A DNA stretch of 64,000 nt, taken from contig JAQGDQ010000447.1 of NCBI GenBank assembly GCA_030141605.1, forward strand, positions 1 through 64,000, read 5' to 3'. Source of the stretch: Tubiluchus corallicola. Lineage: Eukaryota; Animalia; Priapulida. A program made the translations under genes and the position numbers. Each line of letters begins with the position of its first letter. The first letter of the stretch is position 1. Positions 56,401-64,000 of the stretch are shown piece after piece. The notes beneath the pieces are model-generated. The model had not been told where the DNA came from. It was given only the letters and a program-made list of their open reading frames with translations, and made no database searches.

Positions 56401-59400
56401 AAGATAATAAGCCTTTTCAAAAATGTAGCAATTGATGATGATCGTGAAAAAGTCAAAGTTTAAGTGTACCAGACCACGCATTTGTGTACACTTGGCAACG
56501 CCTCGCAGCCCAAGCTATTGACATAGTGACCATCTTAACACCTAGCTAGAACCTTACTTAGTTCATTTTTCCTTGTTCCCAAGCAAGATCCTGCTAGCAA
56601 TTAGATTAATGCATAATTAAGTAAAGACCACATAAAACAATTGAAGTTACTGAACTGACGTGGCAGACAGTTTTGATTCACCCACGGGTCACGTGACGGT
56701 TGTAGCTGAGATGCGTTGCAGTAGCACACTTAACCTTTGACCTACAGCAACTGCGAGTGCGCACAACGAAACTGTGAAAAGGCTTACTATAATGTAATAA
56801 CTCTCTGAACGATTAAAGAGATGTTCAACATAACAAATTTTTAACTCACTACAGAAGTCCTTTAAAACCGCATTAACTTAATGCGCAATGATGTTAGTTT
56901 TTTTTGCTAAAATATTTATGGAGCTTAGAAAGACACAATTAAGCACGTTTTTGAAAACAGGTATAAGAATCTCATTAAAGATTTTGATCCAATGTACATA
57001 CATGTTTTTGTTTTTTTACAGAAATTTTCTAAAGCACAAGAAAGTGTTTTTGCGACTTTTGGTGTACTTTTGCGTTGCACGTAATATCCAAGAAATACTT
57101 ATTCTTAATCTTAATCTTAATACTTAATCCTGATGAAAGTGACATGATATCAATACTATTGGAAGATCTTCTAATCAGGGTTAGACGTGAAGGCAAGCTG
57201 AGTGATTCATTTTTCACAAATAAAGGTGTACCTCAAGGAGACTGCCTAAGTCCTGTTCTGTTCACTTTCTACCTTGCTGTGGCATTAATGGACAGGAATA
57301 GTATAACAAGAAAACAACTTTGTGACCACAAATATTAATCGAAGCTAGATCCAGAATGACTGCTGTCGGGAACAGAGGTAGAATGAACACCATTACGCTA
57401 ACCAAACGGAATATCTTATCACCATAGACGTGTATTAAGTGAAACTTAAAAGCTACGCAAACTTCGGACAATGTCAAAGAACAGTATTCTGTAAATAAAC
57501 AATTTGTTAAAAACAAGCAAACACACACACACGGCATAAATAAAAAAATAAGCTACTATAGCAGTTAATGAATGGAACAGTCAACAAAGAATTTCACGGT
57601 TCATATAGAACACACGCACATCTGAAAAAAAATAATTGTCAGCAAGTAGGTCTACTCCACTACTAATGCAAAACAGCAGCCTACAAAAAATCAATAATTG
57701 CATTAGCACATACAAAAATACAATAAGTAAAAATTATAACAGAGAGCAGATTTAAAACAAACAATAAACGATACACTGTCCTGCTATCGCAATACAAATC
57801 CTGCAAAACATTAATAAATATATTAGTATGCATAACAACGCCAGAAACAAATACAAGTAGTTCGAAACTGACGACAAAAAATGAACCACCTGTGAGAAAA
57901 ATCGGAAACTGAATGTTAGTATAGAAGACGCATCTAACAGACGGATTACAAAACTGAAACAAAACAGAACTTGTCAAAAAAACTTGGCCCAAGTGCCTCT
58001 GCAGTGAACAATAATTTCAATTAGCGGATGAGATGTAAATGTAGTGGGTGCATAGGCCCTTTTTTGGTTTTAAATTTAGTTCTCAATTACTGCCACGGTG
58101 CTGCCACCTGTTTGTTTATTTAGTAGGCTTTTTACCTTTTACTGTAGTCACTCTTTTAAAATTGAAGCACCTAATATCCTTGAATACATTAGCATTTTGG
58201 CCTTTCGTGAGCTATAGCTGTAGTAGTTGTATGACATTTTACCTGTCTTTTGGTTCTCTCCGCCATTGCTCTATTTTTCTTACGCATTATGACTGTGAAT
58301 TTCTTACGAATTCATTGTTGTGACATTGTTGTTCTTAAGGCAACTTGGAGTTCTCATTCCTGTCTTTGTAACTGTTAAAGGCTCTAACAACGTAAGTTAT
58401 TGTTAATTAATTTCAATATAGTCTACATAATTTTTATATCAGTACTTAGTTATAGCAATACATTTAATCATACAACTAATCTTCTTCTATTCAATGTAAG
58501 TTAAACTAAATGTTAATAATTGTATTTCAGAATAAAGAAACTTTTGGTCAACATGTTAAACTGGTGTTTGGTATCCATTTCAGTAAAAAAATCTAAGCTT
58601 TTGGGTTTTTGCTATATGAATTTACAGAGCTTAAGATATTACAGCATCTGTAGGCCAAGGTAATGTCCACCAAGTGTACACCACAAACAATTTTCACAAA
58701 TTGACAGATTTAAGACAGTTAAAGGTAGCCAATGTTCTTCACTTATTCCAACGGCGAGGTTGTGTGAGTTACCAAAACTTATCTACTTACTTTTTGCTTC
58801 TACCGTCACTTAAACTGTGTCAATGTGAATTGTGATGAAAACTGTTGTCAAACAATGACGATTTCATATTCGTTTTGGTTTGTTGCGTACACTTGGAAAG
58901 GACATCATCATGCCTCGTAAACACAGCACAGCATGCCAACATCTGAGCCGCGAAGCTTACCGCTCAAAAATACCGTAATCCTAAAATACCTCTGCCAGTC
59001 TTCCTGCCAGGAACGGTTCGATAACTCCTATCGTGCTACCGGCTACCACAATAGTTAAACCGCCAAGAATGTTCGTCGGGATCCTTACTAGTGAGAGTAT
59101 TGAAAAGCCAGACTTGGGAACTTGGTCTAGAAGAAAGCAATGATGTAACACGTGAAAACACGCAAATGCCCGACGTGTCTTAATGTAATAAAATATTGTG
59201 AAAATTAAATTCCAAGACAAAGCCATTTTTTTTCGCTTACTCAGTACTGATTAGGTTTAAGCATTCTGTATCAGAAAGCAACAAATGGAATGGAATTTGT
59301 GACTTTCGAACTCGAATCAAACCGAATTCCATTTTGGAATTCAATTTTAAAGACTTTCGAATAAATTTTTCAATCATTAATAAAAAATGATCTCACAGAG

Positions 59401-62400
59401 ATTATGCAAACTGTAGGTCAAAACAATTTACTCTTTAAAATATTGAAAAGAAACATACTATTTTTCAAAAATGGCTCATGTGAAAGAATTATTACCACAC
59501 AAACATGATTTCATGTTCGTGCCACTAGTTCTTCGCTGTTAGATGCATTTTTAGATCCATTCGCTAGTTAAAAGGGCACTAGCATCTGCATCTTGGAAAC
59601 AGATTGCACAAAAACAGGGGCTGTAAATCTCAGTTCAGATGTGTTAGTTTGTGACAAACTACACACGTTCGACAGCTCATGCGTGAGCAAGTGGTAAATT
59701 TGAAATTTGAATTCTTATCTTAGAACTTGCCTAGTTTTAGTACAACACACAGTATTACCTTACACTATATCTTACAGTGGCACTGTACTTCAATTTTCGC
59801 TTTTGCAAACACGTGCAACACGCTTGTGAAATATCTTTGCTGCTAAAAATTATGTTAGTTTGTGATATCATCAACAGTTGGGCTCGTCTGCCAGTGATTA
59901 AAGTTTTAATCTGTCATATAATTATTAGAAATGCTTTTGCAGTATTAAATGTGTTAAAATGTATGTTTTTTACCGTACTTGAAAATAAGGTAGTATACGA
60001 AAAATCATCCAGTCTTCATTTAAGCTTTACATCAAAGTGCGAAAGTGTTACCTACCATTCTGAGCGGGCAATAAGAATGTGCTCACCGCTGCACAAGTCA
60101 ACAATATGCAACCCATGACTAAAAACGGCAAAATAAAACCTCCAGCCTGAAAAAGACACCAGCAAAATGCACAAGCATATTTCATGAAAACAAAACTTGT
60201 CTGGACACGTTTTACGCCATCTGAAATGCACAATGACTGTTTCTATCTAAAATTACAGCACCATGCATAACATTAAGGATGCTGGTACACTGCTAACTTT
60301 TATCATCCAAGAAAAACCGTCATTGTGCCACAGGTGCCAGCTTTCGTTTGTCGACTTTTATCATTCGACAAAAATCTTAAGTGATTGTTCAACTTTTGCT
60401 TGCAAACTTCACAGACACCTTTGTGCAGACTTTAGAACACTCCTGTACTTTTTGATAAAAGTAGTGTCATATCAATGAAAATCAGAAATGGCCAAAACAT
60501 TCAAAATATTTTGTAACATTTTGTTGACAATTTTTCTTGGCCGCTGTATTGACTCTAGTTGTCATCAGAAGAGCTCTGTTTAACCACCAGACAAAATATT
60601 GCAACATTAGTCGAGGAAATTATGAAGTCAAAACTCTTCCTGAAGTCGGGAAACACAGAAGATTTCACTGCAAGTCAGCGGCTGTATGTGGAAAAATCAT
60701 TAGTCTAGTATAAAAAAACCTAAAAACGAACATAAAAAGAAAAAGGTCGTGCATAAACAAATAAAATCTGCAAAGAAATCTACGCATCTGAAATAAAAAA
60801 GCAGATGAATTAAAAGAAATTAAATAAAAATAAATATGCATCCACACTCTGCTGTATGATCTATTTCAGCATTAATAATACGGCTTTGCAGTTGATAATC
60901 CTCAAAAAGCTTGCCAGCTTTGCACATTTTGCGGAATGTACTATTACATTTCACATTACCAACCGTACGTAATTGTAATCAAGCGTTGATTTGACGTACA
61001 GCGTGTATTTCTTCGCGCTTCAATAATAACGACGTAATCACACGTCATGCGCGTTGGTTAGTTCAGCAGTTGGCGAAAACCGAAGAAAAATATTGCTGGC
61101 ATGCAAGTAATTTCGTAAGAACACATGCACGGTAAAATGGATTGGAACATTTTTGTATCCAACTGAAAGCATAAGAAGGATATGATTTCACAGGGCAGCA
61201 TGCCAATTATACCCACCGTCCTGTTCAGGCAACAGAAACAAACTGATTACGACGCAGATGAGCATGATCCCGCCCATGACCTCAAACGGTAGTAACCATC
61301 CACCAATCTGTGCAAAGGTTACATATGAACGTCAAAAAAAGTACAACCAGGGAAAATAGTTATAACATACATGCTTGCACTACATGCTAAAATTTTTGCT
61401 ACAATCTAGTACAGTAAGTCCTCGCTCATCGACGCTAAGGCATTGCAGCAAAATGCGATGTTAAGCAAAATGTCATTAATCAAAGCCAGGACTTCCATAA
61501 AAAGTAATGTAAAAGAATTGGCATACGTTCCAGAGACAAAAATCACTGCTGCTTAAAATCATATAACTCATGAGTTATGAGTTTTATTATATTTCTACCA
61601 TTTAATTTCTTTCTGTTTCCTTGAAAGCAGGTATCTTTCTTAGCAATACTTAGCTAGACTTGCTAGTAAATTCTCTTTCGTTAACGATGAAGCACTGTAC
61701 AGACAGTAGGGGTGAGCATCGAACGCTCGAATTCGATAGGAACGAGTTTTTTTAGTTGGAACTCAATTCGAATCCAAAACAATAGATTCGAATAATTCAG
61801 CACTTCAGTCACATACGTTCTTTATCATTAAAACGATTGAAATGCAATTAGCATTATTTAGCAGTGATTTCTGTGCACAATTTTAAACAAATTACTAGTC
61901 GTTTTATTGCAGAACAAAATCTAGTGATATGCATGATCTTTGTAAGACTAATTTTTACTGGTGGTTCGAAAACTTGTTCGAAAATCTTTCAATCTCGAAT
62001 TCGAAACACTGAAGTTCGGTTCGATTCGAATTCGCTTTCTGGTAAAGAATGCTCACCCCAAACAGACAGTAGCGATTAAACACTGCATAGTGAAATCCAA
62101 GCCCTGGAGTACTAGTCTAGTTGCTATATAGCAACAGGTTGCAGACAAAATTCCTTGGCATAAAGTTTGAACTCAGTGTCTGGAGACATATAAATCACAA
62201 ACAGATCTCGCTTGACACAAATGGTTAGCAGTTAGTAGTCAGCCGGGAAGCAAAAACATTTAATAATTGTACTGTTTTACATTAGTACTACGTTTTAGGA
62301 CAGAATGATGCAATATGCATCGTTTTAAAGCTTCAAATTATATAAAAAAAGTTGTTGATAAATGGCTTTGAGCGAAGTAAAAAAATCGTTGTTAAAATGA

Positions 62401-64000
62401 AACTTACGTCATTAAGTTAGAAAAAGGTGTCAAATGTTCAGTGTCGTTAAAACGAAGCATCGCTAAATGGGAGGCGTTAAGTGAGAACTTACTGTACTAA
62501 CGTGCCATGAGTTTGTCGTTAGCGTAACTTATCGGGAAAGTCGCATACAAAAGATTCGTTTTTTTTAAAAAACTGGGTGATAAGAAACCGACGGATAACA
62601 GCTGTTTATATATTAAAATGCAGTGCAAAAGCGAAACTAATAGGAAGCAATCTAAACCGTGCAAAAAAAATAACAAAATTTAAAACATTTATCCAACTAA
62701 ACATTTCTCCATGGCATAATATCGGCATAAAAAACGTGACAACAAAAACATCTGCAACTCACCCCATACAAAACTCCACCAATGGGAGGTCCTACCATTA
62801 ATCCCAGACCGGTGAATGTTTCTAAAAGGCCCTAAAAGACAAAACGTAATTTGTTTTAAATAAGAAGCAGACTGAAAATTCTATTTCAAATATGCAGTTC
62901 CCAAAACTAAAAAATACAATTTAGATTCAGGTAGGTTTATTTACCTTTTGTAATACACAAAAAATCAAGTACATAGCAAAATATGTTTAGTAGTTAGAGA
63001 AAGTGTAACCTAGCCACTGGGGGGGGGGGGGGGAGGGTGAGGCAAGCCAGCTCAACTCAGTGACGGTCCCAAGCCCAGATAAATAGGGAGGGTCAGGGTC
63101 AGGAAGGTCATCCGCCTGTAAAAACTGCGCCATAACCTTCTATGAATGAGTCATGAGACTTGAAGGTAAAGTCCGCAAAGAAGTGGTCAGACCCACTCTA
63201 ATCTATGGGCTAGAAACAGCTTCTCTAAAGAGGAATGAAGAGGGGTGTGGTGGAGATGAGGATGTTGAGACGGATGGTGGGAATAACAAGAAGAGATAAA
63301 ATTAGAAATAATAATATCAGAGGAACAGTAAAAGTAGTGGAAGCCTCGCAAGATTGCGATGGCATGGACACCTGAAAAGAAGAGTCGGTGAAGATCACGT
63401 GGGAGGGGAAGACATAAATGAAGAGATGGTCAACAACAGGAATGCGTGGAGAAGACTTATTCACAACGGCTACCCCGCATAGGGTAAAGCTGGGAAGAAG
63501 AAGAAGAAGAAGTTAGAGAAAGTGTGGCGAAAAAACCTTAGAGGTTAGCAAATCAGCCACCTTTTTAGTTAAAATTAGTACAAGAATATCTAGCGACGAT
63601 TTAAGCTGGTATGAAACACGAAAATCATGTCAATCTGAAAAAATATAATAAGGAAATGATTAAGAAAAAAATAAATCAAACTAGTTTTAAGTGGTAAAGT
63701 AACACGCCAAAATAAAAACAAGAACAAAACAAACATAAGCAAAAGAGATTGAGAGACAAAAAACTATCAGAAGTGGATAATTTAGTGTTGATAGGAATTC
63801 TCACTCCTTTAAAGCAAATAACGAAGGTGCGAAAGGCAGTAGAAACCAACGGTTCAGTTCACATTCAGCTTTTTTACTTACGAAAACGGTCGCCACTCTT
63901 CCCGGAAACTCGTTGGCAATGATGGCAAAAGAAGCCGTTACAAATGCCGTAGCTGCAATGGACTCACATATCCGTACCGCAAAACACAGCCCAACAAATA
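41228..64000 (-). CDS. SLC18B1: SLC18B1/VPAT-like MFS vesicular amine/polyamine transporter, 5' end outside the window. Exons: 63882->64000, 62763-62831, [61217-61307 or 60056-60146], [58990-59126 or 55221-55357], [50867-50965 or 50702-50800], 48271-48365, 47072-47173, 44228-44302, 43380-43473, 41228-41455
   Basis: Peptides CFAVRICESIAATAFVTASFAIIANEFPGRVATVF, GLLETFTGLGLMVGPPIGGVLY, GFPDNFETYGLVSGLFSSCFSFGAFFGPSVGG match SLC18B1 as I recall it; every intron GT-AG with consistent phase. Confidence 0.92.
41599..42261. mobile_element. hAT-like MITE containing a 36-bp minisatellite (~41628-42170)
   Basis: TIR CAGTGTTGGGTAA; TSD TTTATATT/TTTATACT; unit AACTACAGCTACACCAACCTCTGGAAAAAAGTAGTT. Confidence 0.88.
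43025..43359 (+). mobile_element. MITE family A
   Basis: Both TIRs; ends ~20 bp from the exon boundary at 43380. Confidence 0.88.
43380..43473 (-). CDS. SLC18B1: SLC18B1-like exon (TM11-12)
   Basis: AFFGPSVGGALVQAINFEWTTTIVAALHLIL; CAG/GTAAGT. Confidence 0.92.
43554..44049. mobile_element. hAT-like MITE
   Basis: TIR TAGGGTTACCATA; TSD AAAATAGA/AAAATAAA. Confidence 0.85.
44228..44302 (-). CDS. SLC18B1: SLC18B1-like exon (TM11 start)
   Basis: AHGFPDNFETYGLVSGLFSSCFSF; phase 2/2. Confidence 0.92.
44595..45930 (+). mobile_element. Tandem non-autonomous Helitron-like pair (5'-truncated copy to 45206, full copy 45207-45930)
   Basis: 5' TCTATATA start, 3' CTAG ends, GCAAAA-TT-TTTTGC hairpin ~14 nt before the end, exact CTAG|TC junction. 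Confidence 0.78.
46045..46950. repeat. ~149-bp tandem repeat, ~6 copies
   Basis: AATTACTC at ~46054, 46204, 46353, 46501, 46649, 46799. Confidence 0.95.
47072..47173 (-). CDS. SLC18B1: SLC18B1-like exon (TM10)
   Basis: SAGLWLVILALCVTGLGIGLQLVPPFKDCLVQS; TTTTTCAG/GTAAGT. Confidence 0.92.
47294..47389 (-). pseudogene. 5S rRNA-derived fragment (about nt 7-102) fused to a different downstream sequence
   Basis: GGCCATATCACGTTGAAAACACCGGTTCTC...GATGGGTGACTGCCTAGGAAT followed by non-5S sequence. Confidence 0.88.
47724..48221 (+). mobile_element. 5S-headed RTE-derived SINE, copy 2
   Basis: 5S head 47724-47841, (CAA)n tail, TSD ACTATAACACT (47715-47725, 48222-48232). Confidence 0.93.
48271..48365 (-). 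CDS. SLC18B1: SLC18B1-like exon (TM9)
   Basis: AHAKLFMSAGCVLCMMGMLLLGPSPIFFIER; phase 0/2. Confidence 0.9.
49156..49757 (+). mobile_element. Non-autonomous bipartite RTE (Expander/Rex3-like) element, copy 1
   Basis: 5'UTR-like segment joined to decayed ORF end (VVAPALIYGLEA, EMRMLR), (GAA)n tail, TSD ATTATyGAyGATATTCAA. Confidence 0.88.
50702..50800 (-). CDS. SLC18B1: SLC18B1-like alternative exon TM8-b (99 bp)
   Basis: YNLGAEKVGLVFLCMFGVDTVVTPLWGYLSDTC; TTTCAG/GTAAGT. Confidence 0.88.
50867..50965 (-). CDS. SLC18B1: SLC18B1-like alternative exon TM8-a (99 bp)
   Basis: YNIGPEIVGLVFLCMSGVYTITAPFWGYLSDNY; TTTCAG/GTAAGT. Confidence 0.92.
51325..51805 (+). mobile_element. hAT-like MITE family E
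   Basis: TIR CAGGGGkGTGCAAATT; TSD TATTAAGG. Confidence 0.9.
52115..52616. mobile_element. hAT-like MITE
   Basis: TIR CAGGGATGAGAAT; TSD CACCAGGC. Confidence 0.88.
53013..53559 (+). mobile_element. 5S-headed RTE-derived SINE, copy 3
   Basis: Full 120-nt 5S head 53014-53133 with no oligo-T terminator; TSD AGTAGTTTAAC (53002-53012, 53560-53570). Confidence 0.93.
54098..54440. repeat. Two-copy ~180-bp tandem duplication, possibly inside a TTAA-flanked element (~53570-54460)
   Basis: TTATAAATGTTTAAACAAATrGCATGATTGGATArCC occurs twice. Confidence 0.75.
55221..55357 (-). CDS. SLC18B1: SLC18B1-like alternative exon TM7-b (137 bp)
   Basis: DQVISSPHSFLTLLTIPTVLVSSATISSAAVTITVVEPNLEPALRQ; TTTCACAG/GTACAG; phase 1/0. 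Confidence 0.87.
56408..56786 (+). mobile_element. MITE, TAAGCCTTTTC family
   Basis: TAAGCCTTTTCA ... TGAAAAGGCTTA; colinear with 28381-28764. Confidence 0.8.
57125..57338 (+). mobile_element. LINE reverse-transcriptase fragment
   Basis: SDSFFTNKGVPQGDCLSPVLFTFYL, a non-LTR RT motif. Confidence 0.85.
58990..59126 (-). CDS. SLC18B1: SLC18B1-like alternative exon TM7-a (137 bp)
   Basis: DQVPKSGFSILSLVRIPTNILGGLTIVVAGSTIGVIEPFLAGRLAE; TTCTTCTAG/GTATTT; phase 1/0. Confidence 0.87.
60056..60146 (-). CDS. SLC18B1: SLC18B1-like alternative exon TM6-b (91 bp)
   Basis: AGGFILPFLVMGCILLTCAAVSTFLLPAQN; TTTTCAG/GTAGGT; phase 0/1. Confidence 0.9.
61217..61307 (-). CDS. SLC18B1: SLC18B1-like alternative exon TM6-a (91 bp)
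   Basis: IGGWLLPFEVMGGIMLICVVISLFLLPEQD; GCACAG/GTGGGT; phase 0/1. Confidence 0.88.
61707..62061 (-). mobile_element. hAT-like MITE family D, copy 2
   Basis: TSD ACAGACAG; reverse complement of 27613-28021. Confidence 0.9.
62763..62831 (-). CDS. SLC18B1: SLC18B1-like exon (TM5)
   Basis: GLLETFTGLGLMVGPPIGGVLYG (MFS motif C-like); TTTTAG/GTGAGT. Confidence 0.93.
63007..63510 (+). mobile_element. Non-autonomous bipartite RTE element, copy 2
   Basis: Colinear with 49156-49757 plus one extra deletion; TSD AGTTAGAGAAAGTGT. Confidence 0.88.
63882..64000 (-). CDS. SLC18B1: SLC18B1-like exon (TM4), cut by the window end
   Basis: FVGLCFAVRICESIAATAFVTASFAIIANEFPGRVATVF; GTAAGT donor. Confidence 0.92.

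Noticed and set aside
57262-57992. Hydrophobic minus-strand ORFs as third TM7 exon variants
   Set aside because: No DQV/IPT/EP homology and no donor at the expected 137-bp distance; hydrophobicity follows T-rich composition.
50702-61307. Two tandem paralogous genes instead of alternative exons
   Set aside because: Only three exons are doubled, in a,b,a,b,a,b order, and they share single upstream and downstream exons.

Overview
AT-rich, repeat-dense animal genomic DNA; the 5S-derived sequence looks lophotrochozoan/mollusc-like, but taxon is low confidence. Three protein-coding genes are supported: a TRIM2/TRIM3-like RING-Bbox-CC-Filamin-NHL gene (+, 24856-28326), a complete 5-exon EMC7 (-, 33878-39440) and the 3' part of an SLC18B1/VPAT-like MFS vesicular transporter (-, 41228 to beyond 64000). 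The main finding is in the transporter: three consecutive exons (predicted TM6, TM7, TM8) each exist as a pair of equal length (91/91, 137/137, 99/99 bp) with intact GT-AG sites and diverged but homologous peptides. This points to three adjacent mutually exclusive exon cassettes (up to 8 isoforms) remodelling the predicted substrate cavity; it is inferred from DNA only and needs RNA evidence. The rest holds a 5S-rRNA-headed SINE with an RTE-derived body (3 copies with TSDs), a second bipartite RTE derivative, a head-to-tail Helitron junction, many hAT-, piggyBac- and TA-type MITEs, LINE fragments and several satellites/minisatellites.
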